A stretch of DNA of 64,000 nucleotides from an uncultured Candidatus Saccharibacteria bacterium (GTDB lineage: Bacteria; Patescibacteriota; Minisyncoccia; Minisyncoccales; GWA2-38-27). The notes under the pieces are model-generated. The model saw nothing but the letters and a program-made list of their open reading frames with translations. It searched no databases and was not told where the DNA came from. Where the stretch lies: positions 47,410 through 111,409 of the forward strand of contig CAYXZK010000005.1 in assembly GCA_964469955.1 (NCBI GenBank), in the 5' to 3' direction. Below are positions 11,280-21,239 of the stretch, piece by piece. A program made the position numbers and the translations under genes. The number at the start of each line of letters is the position of its first letter. Within the stretch, counting starts at the first letter, position 1.

Positions 11280-11852
11280 ATGAACAAGAAACCAGATATT
11301 CGCTATCTATACGACATAAAAGAAATTATCTATGATAAAAATTGGCTGAAAAAAGCTTCCGATTTTGAGCTTTATTATATGCGCAGAGGCGTCAAAGAAA
11401 AAAACGGCCTAAGATATGATATCACCACAATCCCAGGACAAATGCTTGGTAAAGAATTTGTAAAAACAAAAGGCCATAAGCATATTGGTAAGTTTAAAGA
11501 AATTTATATCGTTCTTAAGGGACAAGCGTTATTTTTAATGCAAAAATGCGAAAACAATGAAGTCAAAGATGTTTATGTCGTAAAAGGCGAAAAAGGCGAC
11601 GCCGTAATAATTCCCTCTGAGTATGAACACATAACAATTAACCCTTTAAAAGAAAATCTCGAAATAGGAAACTGGATTTCTAAAAATTGTAAGAATAATT
11701 ACGAAACAATTAAAAAAATGCACGGCGCTTGTTATTTTTATACAAAAAAAGGCTGGGTTAAAAATAAGAATTATAAAAAAATTCCCAAACTTCGTTTTGA
11801 AAAACCTCTTAAATCAATTCCGAAAAATCTAAATTTTCTGAAACAAAAATAA
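11280..11852 (+). CDS. Cupin-type glucose-6-phosphate isomerase (archaeal-type PGI) candidate
   Basis: 190 aa with a cupin core GHKHIGKFKEIYIVLKGQALF...VIIPSEYEHITINP. His/Glu metal ligands are arranged as in cupin PGIs. Confidence 0.5.
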   Translation: MNKKPDIRYLYDIKEIIYDKNWLKKASDFELYYMRRGVKEKNGLRYDITTIPGQMLGKEFVKTKGHKHIGKFKEIYIVLKGQALFLMQKCENNEVKDVYVVKGEKGDAVIIPSEYEHITINPLKENLEIGNWISKNCKNNYETIKKMHGACYFYTKKGWVKNKNYKKIPKLRFEKPLKSIPKNLNFLKQK

Positions 11853-11854
11853 GC

Positions 11855-11937
11855 GCGGGTATGGCGGAACAGAAGACGCGTTAGCTTCAGGAGCTAATGG
11901 GAGCAATCCCATGGAGGTGCAAATCCTCCTACCCGCA
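11855..11937 (+). tRNA. tRNA-Leu (anticodon CAG)
   Basis: Manual fold gives acceptor GCGGGTA/TACCCGC, anticodon stem TTAGC/GCTAA with loop TTCAGGA, a long variable arm, and T-arm GGAGG-TGCAAAT-CCTCC. CCA is not encoded. Confidence 0.8.
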
Positions 11938-12020
11938 CAACTCCTCGTCAATAAATAAATAAAAAATTTAATCTGTTTTTAAGATTATATTGAGAAATTA
12001 AAAATTATAACAACAAACTA

Positions 12021-13724
12021 ATGGAAAAAATATTTAAAACCAAAAGAGAGAAAAACACTAAAAATCTTAGGGTTATCCCTTTGGGCGGATGCGAAGAAGT
12101 AGGCAGAAATATGACTGTTTTTGAATGTGGAGAAGATATCATTATTTTAGATATGGGCTTACAGTTTCCAGAAGAAGACACCCCTGGCATAGACTATATA
12201 ATTCCAAATACAGAGTATTTAAAAGGAAAGGAAAAAAATATCCAAGGGGTTATCTTTTCTCACGGACACTTAGATCATATTGGAGCTGCTCCAATATTAT
12301 TAAAAAAATTAGGTAATCCTCTCATTATCGGTAGACCTTTAACCATAGAAATGATTAAGCATAGACAAGAAGACGCGGGCAAAGGCAGTTCCAGAGCGCT
12401 TAAGGCTCAATACATTAACGACATTAAAGATAGAATAAATTTAGGTTGTTTTAATATTTCCTTTTTTAGGGTAGATCATTCAATTATGGATGCCGTTGGA
12501 GTTATAATAGAAACCCCTATGGCAACTATTATTCACCCAGGAGACTGGATGATTGAACACGACCCAACAGGGAAGAGCAAGATAGAATATACGCACTTAT
12601 CCAGATTAGAAAAACCAACCGTATTAATGCTTGAAAGTTTAGGGTCAACTGATTCAAAAGAACCCATTACAGAAAAAGAAATGATTCAAAATCTTCACAA
12701 CTTAATTGATTCTGCTCCGGGTAGAATAATCATTGGAACGTTTTCTTCGCAACTGGAAAGAATAAAACAAATCTTAGAATATGCTTCAGAAAAAGATAAA
12801 AAAGTGGCTTTAGACGGATTTTCTATGAAATTGAATGTAGAAATAGCTAAAAAATTAGGCTATATTAAGCCGTCCCAAAACACAATCATCCCTATAGATA
12901 AAATAAAAGACCACCCTGACAATAAAGTCATCGTAATCTGTACAGGTTCGCAAGGAGAAGAAGTTTCTGCTCTCTCAAGAATAGTTGCTGGAAACCATCG
13001 TTTTATAAGTTTAAAAAAAATTGACACTGTTGTTTTTTCTTCTTCCGTAATTCCAGGCAACGAAAGAACAATCCAACGACTAAAAGATAGCATTTATCGT
13101 TTATGCGACAACGTTGTTCATAAAGATATAATGGCGGTGCATACTTCAGGGCATAGCAACATAAATGACATACAAGAGATTATAAGGCAGATCAATCCAA
13201 CTTATTTTATCCCTGTTTACGCCAACCATTTTATGCTCAAAGAAGCTGCTAAAATAGCATTTAACCTTGGCATTAAAAAAGATAAAATTTTCGTTCCTGA
13301 CAATGGTTCTATTATACAATTTAATAAAGAAGGCGCGAGAATTCTTAAAGAAAAAGCTCCCACAAATTATGTTTTCGTTGACGGGTTAGGCGTTGGAGAT
13401 ATTGGCGACATTGTTCTTAGAGATAGAAAAGTATTGGCTAAAGAAGGAATATTTGTCGTGATAGCAATCGTTGACCACAAAACTGGTCAAGTCAAAGGTT
13501 CTCCTGATATAATCTCAAGGGGTTTTATTTATTTAAAAACATCGAAAGATTTACTAGCGCAAACGCGACGCAGGGTAATTTCTATAATAAACAAAACTAC
13601 TAGAGACAAAGAAACCATAAATTGGGCTAATGTCAAAGACGATATTAGAAAAAAAATCAGTCAATTTCTTTTTTCTAAAACAGAGCGAAGACCTATTATT
13701 ATTTCAGTCATAATCGAAGCCTAA
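12021..13724 (+). CDS. rnj: Ribonuclease J (metallo-beta-lactamase / beta-CASP)
   Basis: 567 aa with an HGHLDHIGA motif and beta-CASP and C-terminal domains. Confidence 0.9.
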   Translation: MEKIFKTKREKNTKNLRVIPLGGCEEVGRNMTVFECGEDIIILDMGLQFPEEDTPGIDYIIPNTEYLKGKEKNIQGVIFSHGHLDHIGAAPILLKKLGNPLIIGRPLTIEMIKHRQEDAGKGSSRALKAQYINDIKDRINLGCFNISFFRVDHSIMDAVGVIIETPMATIIHPGDWMIEHDPTGKSKIEYTHLSRLEKPTVLMLESLGSTDSKEPITEKEMIQNLHNLIDSAPGRIIIGTFSSQLERIKQILEYASEKDKKVALDGFSMKLNVEIAKKLGYIKPSQNTIIPIDKIKDHPDNKVIVICTGSQGEEVSALSRIVAGNHRFISLKKIDTVVFSSSVIPGNERTIQRLKDSIYRLCDNVVHKDIMAVHTSGHSNINDIQEIIRQINPTYFIPVYANHFMLKEAAKIAFNLGIKKDKIFVPDNGSIIQFNKEGARILKEKAPTNYVFVDGLGVGDIGDIVLRDRKVLAKEGIFVVIAIVDHKTGQVKGSPDIISRGFIYLKTSKDLLAQTRRRVISIINKTTRDKETINWANVKDDIRKKISQFLFSKTERRPIIISVIIEA

Positions 13725-13746
13725 TCAATAAATAGATTTTATGCAT

Positions 13747-13774
13747 AAACCCTCTGTAGGGGTAGAGGTTTTCA
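13747..13774 (+). terminator. Hairpin terminator after rnj
   Basis: AAACCCTCT GTAGGGGT AGAGGTTTT. It shares the CCCTCTGTAGG core with the rplT terminator. Confidence 0.4.
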
Positions 13775-13801
13775 TAAGATAAGTTTAATTTCAAATAATA
13801 T

Positions 13802-14779
13802 ATGAAAATTTTATCAGGCATTCAGCCAACCGGTTTAATCCATATTGGAAATTATTTAGGAGCTATAAAGCAATGGGTCGAACTCCAAGAAAAAAATGAT
13901 TGTCTATTTTTTATTTCTGATTTACATTCTTTGACAATTCCATATAACCCAGAAGAACTTCAAAAAAATATTCTTGAAGTTGCCATGGCCCACCTATCAG
14001 TCGGCATTGACCCCGAAAAAAGCATATTCTTCGTTCAATCCCATATCAAAGAACACACCGAGCTTTGCTGGCTCTTAAACACTGTTTGTCCAATCGGAGA
14101 CTTAGAAAGAATGACTCAATACAAAGAAAAAGCTAAAAAATTTAGAAAAAATCAGAACGCGGGACTTCTTGATTATCCTGTTTTAATGGCAGCGGATATA
14201 CTTTTATACCAAACAGAAGCAGTTCCTGTCGGAAAAGATCAAATTCAGCATGTTGAACTAACCAGAACTATTGCCAGAAAATTTAACGCGAAATTTGGGA
14301 AAACTTTTATTGAACCGAAATCACTTTTGCCGCATAAAGGAGAAAAAATTATGTCTTTAAATAATCCAAAGAAAAAAATGTCTAAATCTTCCGGTCCGGC
14401 AAACTACATCTCTCTCTTTGAAAAACCAGAAGAAATCAAGAAAAAAATAATGTCAGCCATAACCGACACAGATAAAACAATAAAATATAACCCGAAGAGA
14501 AAACCCGGGATTTCAAATCTTTTAACAATCTATAGTTTGTTTAGTAAAGAAAGAATAGAAGACCTTGAGAAACGCTTTAGAGGTAAAGGATACGCCCAAT
14601 TCAAAGATTCTCTTGCCGAAGTTTTAATAAATTCCCTGAAGCCTTTTCGGCAAAGAAAAAAAGAATTTGCCTCACGTCAAATTTATATTGAAGAAACTCT
14701 TAAAAAAGGAGCAGAAAAAGCAGAAAATATCGCAAAATATTCTATGCAGGAAGTTAGAAAAAAAATGGGATTAATTTAA
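13802..14779 (+). CDS. trpS: Tryptophan--tRNA ligase
   Basis: 325 aa. An N-terminal HIGN-type motif and KMSKS are present. Confidence 0.95.
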   Translation: MKILSGIQPTGLIHIGNYLGAIKQWVELQEKNDCLFFISDLHSLTIPYNPEELQKNILEVAMAHLSVGIDPEKSIFFVQSHIKEHTELCWLLNTVCPIGDLERMTQYKEKAKKFRKNQNAGLLDYPVLMAADILLYQTEAVPVGKDQIQHVELTRTIARKFNAKFGKTFIEPKSLLPHKGEKIMSLNNPKKKMSKSSGPANYISLFEKPEEIKKKIMSAITDTDKTIKYNPKRKPGISNLLTIYSLFSKERIEDLEKRFRGKGYAQFKDSLAEVLINSLKPFRQRKKEFASRQIYIEETLKKGAEKAENIAKYSMQEVRKKMGLI

Positions 14780-14836
14780 ACGTTTATCACCTATTACTTA
14801 TCACTAATCACCCCCAAGCTGTTAATAGCTTGGAGA

Positions 14837-16195
14837 TTAATTACTACTGATCAATCCTATAAGCTTTTTCTTCTTTTGGTCCAATAGTTTTTGCGTGTCT
14901 GCCTCAATCATCATTCTTAAAAGATTTTCCGTGTTTGAGGGACGAACCAAAAACCACCAATCTTGAAAATCTATTCTTAGTCCATCTATTTTTGAAATTT
15001 TCCCCTTTTCAAACTTTCTTTCTAATTTTTTCATCATCGCTTTTTTGTCTTTTATTTTAAAATTTATCTCGCCTGAATGAAAATATTTTCTGAAAGGATT
15101 AATCAATTCTGAAAAATTTTTACCTTTATTAGAAGAGAGAATTTCCAAGATTTTTAACAAAACGAAAAGCGGAGCTTCGGAAAAATAATGCGACATTTTA
15201 TAGTAATGACCAGAAAGCTCGCCTGCAAAAAAGATATTTTCTTGACGCATTTTTTCTTTTATTAAAGAATGCCCAACTTTCCAGACAAACGGTTCGCCTT
15301 GATTCTCTTCAATGGTTTCTTTAACCGATCTGCTTGAACGGACATCGTATAAGATTTTTACGCCAAGATTTTCTTTTAAGATAGATTTAGATAAAAAGGC
15401 AGTGATTAAATCACCTGAAATTATTTTTCCTTTTTCGTCAACAAAAATAATTCTGTCTCCATCTCCATCCAAAGCAACCCCTAGGTCTGCTTTTTTATTT
15501 TTAACAGCTTCTATTAAATTGAACAGATTTTTTTTTATTAAAGGATCAGGTGGATGATTGGGAAAACTTCCATCTGATTTTTCAAATAAAGAATATATCC
15601 TACAAGGCAATTTTTTTTTAAATTCTGGAAGTAAAATCCCAGGCACAGCATTAGCAACATCAATAACAATTTTAAGCGATCCCATTTTCTTAACATTGAA
15701 ATTTTTAAAATTAAACCTTATATATTCTGCTAAAACTTGTTTTTTTATTATCCTGCCTTTTTTAATCTTTGAAGAAAATATATTTTCATTTTCTAATAAC
15801 ATCTTTTTTATTTCATTTAATCCCCTTTCAGCGCTTATTGGAATAGATTTTTCTCTAACCATTTTAAAGCCATTATACCCAGCCGGGAGATGGGAAGCCG
15901 TGATATTTATACCTCCCTCAAATTTAAAATGGCTTACGGTAAAATAAAATAGCGGCGTTGGAGAAAGCCCAATGTCAATAACATCAGCTCCTTGATCAGT
16001 TAAACCTTTTATTAAAGCTTCAGATATCTTTTTTGAAGAAAGGCGATTATCTCTACCAACAACAATTTTTAGGTTTCTTTTGTTTAAAAACAAGACATAG
16101 GCCCTGCCAATAAAATAAGCGGTTTTTATGTTTATCTCGTCAGGAAAAACGCCCCGGATATCATAAGCCTTAAAAATGTTAGGATTAATTTTCAT
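14837..16195 (-). CDS. Phosphohexomutase (phosphoglucomutase/phosphomannomutase/GlmM family)
   Basis: 452 aa with the active-site Ser loop TASHLPAGYNGFK. Confidence 0.85.
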   Translation of the reverse strand: MKINPNIFKAYDIRGVFPDEINIKTAYFIGRAYVLFLNKRNLKIVVGRDNRLSSKKISEALIKGLTDQGADVIDIGLSPTPLFYFTVSHFKFEGGINITASHLPAGYNGFKMVREKSIPISAERGLNEIKKMLLENENIFSSKIKKGRIIKKQVLAEYIRFNFKNFNVKKMGSLKIVIDVANAVPGILLPEFKKKLPCRIYSLFEKSDGSFPNHPPDPLIKKNLFNLIEAVKNKKADLGVALDGDGDRIIFVDEKGKIISGDLITAFLSKSILKENLGVKILYDVRSSRSVKETIEENQGEPFVWKVGHSLIKEKMRQENIFFAGELSGHYYKMSHYFSEAPLFVLLKILEILSSNKGKNFSELINPFRKYFHSGEINFKIKDKKAMMKKLERKFEKGKISKIDGLRIDFQDWWFLVRPSNTENLLRMMIEADTQKLLDQKKKKLIGLISSN

Positions 16196-16303
16196 ATTTA
16201 AAACAGATTAGTTTAATTAATTATAGCACAATTTTTAAAAATCAGCTTGACCAGAAAAGGCATAACTGCTATTATGCTATTATTGATTACTTAGTAATAA
16301 ACT

Positions 16304-16750
16304 ATGAATTTTTATCAGTTAATTTATTTAATAGACGCCAACCTGACTTCAGAAGAATTAAATTCTTTGCCCCAAAAAATAAGCAATTTTATTCTAGAAG
16401 AAGAGGGAAGCTTGGATAAAGCAGAAAAACCAATCAGGAAAAAACTTGCTTATTTTATTAACAAAAAAAATGATGCTTTTTTAGCTGTTTTAAATTTTTA
16501 TTTAATACCAGACAAATTAAAGAAAATTGAGAAAAAGCTTAAATCTGAAAAAGAAATTTTACGTTATATGCTTTTGGTCAATAAGACACCTAAAAAAATT
16601 ATTTTAGAAAAAACTGTTAGAAAAATTCCTGAAATTATAAAAAAATCGCCGGAACCTTTAAAAGAAACGAATGTTGAGCAACAAGAAAATAAAAAAGAAG
16701 AATTAGAGAGAATTGATAAAAGAATAGAAGAAATCTTAAATACAGGTTAA
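16304..16750 (+). CDS. rpsF: 30S ribosomal protein S6 (with K/E-rich C-terminal extension)
   Basis: Sits in the rpsF-ssb-rpsR operon context. The N-terminal region has an S6-like pattern. Confidence 0.75.
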   Translation: MNFYQLIYLIDANLTSEELNSLPQKISNFILEEEGSLDKAEKPIRKKLAYFINKKNDAFLAVLNFYLIPDKLKKIEKKLKSEKEILRYMLLVNKTPKKIILEKTVRKIPEIIKKSPEPLKETNVEQQENKKEELERIDKRIEEILNTG

Positions 16751-16821
16751 TACGAATTTTAGCGAATTAATGCTAATTTAAATTACGCATAAATTAGTTA
16801 AATTTGTATAAATCAACTTCT

Positions 16822-17382
16822 ATGAATTTAAATAAAGTTTTTATTTTAGGAAATTTGACAAGGGATCCAATAATTAAAGTATTACCTTCCGGGCAATCCG
16901 TAGCTAATTTTGGGGTTGCAACAAATAGATTTTTTTACGATAAAGATAAGCAAAAAAAGGAACAAGTTGAATTCCATAATATCGTTGCCTTTGGCAGAAC
17001 AGCGGAAATAATCCAGCAATATTTAAAAAAAGGGTCTATGGTTTTAATAGAAGGCAGGATTCAAACAAGAAATTGGGAAGACCAATCGGGTAATAAACGC
17101 TTTATGACAGAAATTATTACCGAAAAAATGCAACTTGGACCAAGAAACGCTTCTTTTCAAAGAGATAATTCTGATTTTTCCGATTCATACCAAAATCAAA
17201 ACAAAGGAGATAAATTTCAAGAAGATATTCCTGTTATAGAAGAAGGTCAAGATGAGCCAAGTTTCTCTCGCGCTCCTGGGGATTCAAACGCTGAAGCTAA
17301 AGAAAATAAAAAAGAATCAATTAAAGAAAGCGATTTAAATGATAACGAAGAAGAAATTGATTTAAAAGATATTCCTTTTTAA
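16822..17382 (+). CDS. ssb: Single-stranded DNA-binding protein
   Basis: OB-fold N-terminus, acidic tail ending DIPF. Start moved to the ATG at 16822, because the ORF-track start at 16804 is a TTG. Confidence 0.9.
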   Translation: MNLNKVFILGNLTRDPIIKVLPSGQSVANFGVATNRFFYDKDKQKKEQVEFHNIVAFGRTAEIIQQYLKKGSMVLIEGRIQTRNWEDQSGNKRFMTEIITEKMQLGPRNASFQRDNSDFSDSYQNQNKGDKFQEDIPVIEEGQDEPSFSRAPGDSNAEAKENKKESIKESDLNDNEEEIDLKDIPF

Positions 17383-17468
17383 GGATATTAGCGAACCCTG
17401 ATTAATGTTCGTTGGTTATACTGGTTACTAATTATTTATTATTATTATTTATAGAAATTTACACAGAT

Positions 17469-17666
17469 ATGATTTGTTATTTCTGCCAAAAGAATATTGA
17501 TGAAATAGATTTCAAAAACACAGAACTTCTTCAGAAGTTTATTTCAGGTTTAGGTAAAATAAGACCTAAGAAAAGAACAGGCGTTTGCTCTAAGCACCAA
17601 AGACAATTAAAAAGAGCCATTAAAAGAGCGCGTCACTTAGGATTGCTTTCAGCTACCGAGAAATAA
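17469..17666 (+). CDS. rpsR: 30S ribosomal protein S18
   Basis: MICYFCQKNIDEIDFKNTELLQKFIS...RQLKRAIKRARHLGLL. Start set to the internal ATG. Confidence 0.9.
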   Translation: MICYFCQKNIDEIDFKNTELLQKFISGLGKIRPKKRTGVCSKHQRQLKRAIKRARHLGLLSATEK

Positions 17667-17721
17667 AGAATCTCTATTGGTTAAAATTAGTTTCGTAAAT
17701 TAAATCATCTAAATTTAGTTT

Positions 17722-17760
17722 AAAAAGACAAAAACGCTTTTAAAAGCGTTTTTGTCTTTT
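17722..17760. terminator. Bidirectional rho-independent terminator between rpsR (+) and recA (-)
   Basis: 15-bp stem AAAAGACAAAAACGC / GCGTTTTTGTCTTTT, A-rich on the left and T-rich on the right. Confidence 0.65.
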
Positions 17761-17779
17761 CGGAAAAGATATTTTTTGA

Positions 17780-18784
17780 TTAATGATTTATACTCTTATC
17801 CGTAATTGATTTTTTAATTTCTTTGGCTGCTTTAGGGTTTTCTCTTAAAAATTCTTTGGCTGCTTCCATACCTTGTCCTAATTTCATGTCTTGATATTGG
17901 AACCAACTTCCAGATTTTTTTATAATATTATAACTCATGCCAATATTTAATAAATCCGCAAAATAAGAAATTCCTTCATTGTAGTAAATATCAAATTCGC
18001 AAACTTTAAAAGGAGCACCTACTTTATTTTTATCTATTTTGGCTTTAATACGACTGCCAATAATTTCATCACCATGTTTTATTTTAGCAATCCTTCTTAA
18101 ATTAATTCTCACGGAAGAATAAAATTTTAGAGCAAGCCCGCCTGAAGTTGTTTCGGGTGAACCAAACATAACACCGATTTTCATTCTTGTTTGATTCAAA
18201 AACACAAGCGAAGTTCTTGTTTTAGAAATGATTGCAGATAATTTTCTTAAGGCAGAAGACATCAATCTTGCTTGTAAACCAATACGGAATTCACCAATCT
18301 CGCCCGCAATCTCCGCCTTAGGAGCCAAAGCGGCAACAGAATCAACAATAATAGTATCTGTTTGTCCTGATCGAATTAAACTTTCCACGATTTGTAAAGC
18401 TTCTTCGCCTGAATCTGGTTGAGAGACCAAAAGATCATTAGTATTAACTCCAATTCTCTTCGCATAATCAGGATCAAGCGCATGTTCAACGTCTATAAAA
18501 GCTGCTGTACCGCCGCGTTTTTGAGCTTCAGCGCAAATATGCAAGGCAAGAGTTGTTTTGCCTGTTGATTCAGGACCAAAGATTTCAATAACTCTGCCTC
18601 TCGGAATTCCGCCAACACCTAAAGCAAGGTCTAGGGAAATAGAACCAGTTGGAATCACGTCAACGTCAACAGCCCTTGTCTCTCTAAGCTTCATAATTGA
18701 TCCTTCTCCAAAACGTTGTTTAATTTCAGCTATTGCTTCTTCTAAATCGTTTTTCCCTATTTCTTTTATTTTTTTCTTAGGCAT
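17780..18784 (-). CDS. recA: Recombinase RecA
   Basis: 334 aa with Walker A GPESTGKTT and the L1/L2 loops. Confidence 0.97.
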   Translation of the reverse strand: MPKKKIKEIGKNDLEEAIAEIKQRFGEGSIMKLRETRAVDVDVIPTGSISLDLALGVGGIPRGRVIEIFGPESTGKTTLALHICAEAQKRGGTAAFIDVEHALDPDYAKRIGVNTNDLLVSQPDSGEEALQIVESLIRSGQTDTIIVDSVAALAPKAEIAGEIGEFRIGLQARLMSSALRKLSAIISKTRTSLVFLNQTRMKIGVMFGSPETTSGGLALKFYSSVRINLRRIAKIKHGDEIIGSRIKAKIDKNKVGAPFKVCEFDIYYNEGISYFADLLNIGMSYNIIKKSGSWFQYQDMKLGQGMEAAKEFLRENPKAAKEIKKSITDKSINH

Positions 18785-18893
18785 AACTTTATTTTATCAA
18801 TAAAAAATTTTATACGCAAATTAATTAAAAACTAATTCTGGCTAACTTAAACGAAATTTAATTCCAGATTGTATTTAAATATTACAACAATCT

Positions 18894-21161
18894 TTATATT
18901 TTTTTCCATCCCTCTTCATCAATTTGCGGCTCCCCTTCTTCAATGGTTTGGGTTTGAGCAACAGCATATATCTCTCGCGGCTTTGCTCCATCCGCAGGCC
19001 CGACTAATCCTTTTTCTTCTAAAATATCAATTAATCTCGCTGCCCTAGCGTAACCAATTCGCAATCTTCTTTGCAGTAAAGAAGCTGACGCTTTATTGGC
19101 TTCTATTACAACTCTTTTTGCTTCTTCGTAGAGAGGATCTTCATCGCCGTAAAATTCATTTGATCTTTCTTCCCTATCTTCATGAATTTTCTCTATTTCT
19201 TGAACCAAATCAGGCTCTGCTTCTATTTTATTCTCTCTTTTTTCTTCTTCTAAAATTATATGAGCAATAACTTTTTTAACCTCTCTTTCTGATACATAGG
19301 AACCTTGCACTCTCTTTGGTTTAATTATATTAGCTGATATATAAAGCATATCTCCAAAACCCAATAACTTCTCCGCCCCAGCTGTATCTAAAACAGTTCT
19401 TGAATCAACTTGAGAAGCAACTTGAAAAGTAATTCTAGAAGTTATATTTGCCTTAATTAAACCTGTTATAACTTCAACAGAAGGTCTTTGCGTAGCAACC
19501 ACTAAATGAATTCCGGCTGCCCGCGCCATTTGAGCAAGTCTAACTATCTCTGCTTCAATTTCTCTGCCTTTAGCAACCATTAAATCAGCTAATTCGTCAA
19601 TAATGATAACGATGAAGGGTAAAACAGACGTCCCGCTTTTAAGCGCTTTTTCGTTATATGAATAAATATTTCTTGTTTTTGCCTCCGCCAATAGGTCGAA
19701 TCTTCTCTCCATTTCTTTGATTAACCATTTTAAAGCATTAAGAGCTTGAGTCGCGTTATAAATTATTGGACATAAAAGATGAGGGAGATTGCCATATATA
19801 GAAAATTCAACTCTCTTAGGATCAATTAATATAAGTCTTAAATTTTCAGGGCTAGAACTTCTAGCGCCAATGCTTGGTTGATATAAAAGACTTTGAATCA
19901 AAGAATTAAGAAAAATTGTTTTACCGGTTCCAGTACTTCCAGCAACTAAAAGATGAGGCATTTTAGCTAAATCGGCATAAATAGGAGCGCCTGAAACATC
20001 TCTGCCTAACGCAATAATTAAATTTGATGAGAATTTTTCAAATTCTTTATTTTCTATTAAATTTCTTAATTTTACTTGAGCGCGAATTTTATTCGGAATC
20101 TCAATTCCAACTAAAGATCTCCCCGGCACAGGAGCCTCTATTCTTATTGGATGGCTTGCTAAAGCTAAAGATAAATCATTAGAAAGATTTGTTATTTTGG
20201 ACAGCTTCACTCCTTCTGATGGCTTTAAAGTATATTGGGTTACTGTTGGCCCTATATTTATTTCTGACATCGTAACATCAATGTCAAAATTTTCCAAAGT
20301 CTTTTTTATTATCGCCGAATTCAATTTAGTATCTCCGCTACTAGGAACGCCGCGTTCAGGCTCCAATAGATTAATTGGAGGTGGTTGATAAGAAGAAGCT
20401 CTAATTCCTGTTGTTGGCTTATTCTCTATCTTTAAAGAATCTATTTGTTTTTCTTCCTTAATTCCTTGATCGTAACTAATTTCGTCTGTTGGAACTTCTT
20501 TTACTTTAAATTTTGGAGCAAAAAATTTTTTGATAATTGAGGGCTTAGGAACATCTTCTTGAATGTCTTTAGAAAATGTATCTTCTTTTGCTTTAGATAA
20601 ACCAAAACAAGAACGTAAAAAATAATAAAAAATCAAAAGACCAATAGCTATTAAAGCTAAGAATATAATTTGAGTTACCCAAAATCCAGAAAATTTCAAA
20701 AACGGCCAACTTAAAATATATCCCCACAATCCACCTTTTCTAAGAACAGGGTCGAAAGAATTAACCATACCAGTCAATCCAGAAATTAATATTAAAATTG
20801 ACAATATTATTGGCCAAAAAATATTTTGTTTTTCTTTAAAAGTTTCTGGCCTATGCCTTGAAGCTAAAAAAATAAATCCAGCTAATATAAAAACTAGCGG
20901 AGTTATAAAAATTATTTCTCCGATTAAAAACCGCGCGCTTTCCATGAAAAATTTTCCAACCGACCCAGCTTGATTAAAAAAACTTAAAGTTATGATTAAC
21001 GCTAACAAAATCGCAAAAATTCCCCAAATCTTTTGAGTAATCTCGTTTGGCAAAGAAAATCTCTTTAGTTTTTTCTCTTCCGTAAAAGAATTTCTGTTTT
21101 TTTTCTTATTTTTCTTATTTTTTTTAGACAATAAAAATAATGAACAGCGAAAAATAAGCAA
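18894..21161 (-). CDS. ftsK: DNA translocase FtsK/SpoIIIE
   Basis: N-terminal TM helices, a motor domain with GSTGTGKT, and a C-terminal gamma wHTH domain. The annotated start gives an odd K/N-rich leader, so the true start is uncertain. Confidence 0.88.
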   Translation of the reverse strand: MLIFRCSLFLLSKKNKKNKKKNRNSFTEEKKLKRFSLPNEITQKIWGIFAILLALIITLSFFNQAGSVGKFFMESARFLIGEIIFITPLVFILAGFIFLASRHRPETFKEKQNIFWPIILSILILISGLTGMVNSFDPVLRKGGLWGYILSWPFLKFSGFWVTQIIFLALIAIGLLIFYYFLRSCFGLSKAKEDTFSKDIQEDVPKPSIIKKFFAPKFKVKEVPTDEISYDQGIKEEKQIDSLKIENKPTTGIRASSYQPPPINLLEPERGVPSSGDTKLNSAIIKKTLENFDIDVTMSEINIGPTVTQYTLKPSEGVKLSKITNLSNDLSLALASHPIRIEAPVPGRSLVGIEIPNKIRAQVKLRNLIENKEFEKFSSNLIIALGRDVSGAPIYADLAKMPHLLVAGSTGTGKTIFLNSLIQSLLYQPSIGARSSSPENLRLILIDPKRVEFSIYGNLPHLLCPIIYNATQALNALKWLIKEMERRFDLLAEAKTRNIYSYNEKALKSGTSVLPFIVIIIDELADLMVAKGREIEAEIVRLAQMARAAGIHLVVATQRPSVEVITGLIKANITSRITFQVASQVDSRTVLDTAGAEKLLGFGDMLYISANIIKPKRVQGSYVSEREVKKVIAHIILEEEKRENKIEAEPDLVQEIEKIHEDREERSNEFYGDEDPLYEEAKRVVIEANKASASLLQRRLRIGYARAARLIDILEEKGLVGPADGAKPREIYAVAQTQTIEEGEPQIDEEGWKKI

Positions 21162-21239
21162 ATATCAATAATTAATGATTAATGCTTGCGTATCCTTTGT
21201 TGTTCTTTTAGGGTCCTTCTTATTATTATAGCATCTTTC

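Noticed and set aside
18894-21161. Odd K/N-rich N-terminal leader of FtsK (MLIFRCSLFLLSKKNKKNKKK...) as a possible separate feature
   Set aside because: It is most likely an over-extended start call in an A-rich spacer, since the ORF track allows alternative starts. It is not a distinct gene. The true start is probably further downstream, just before the first TM helix.
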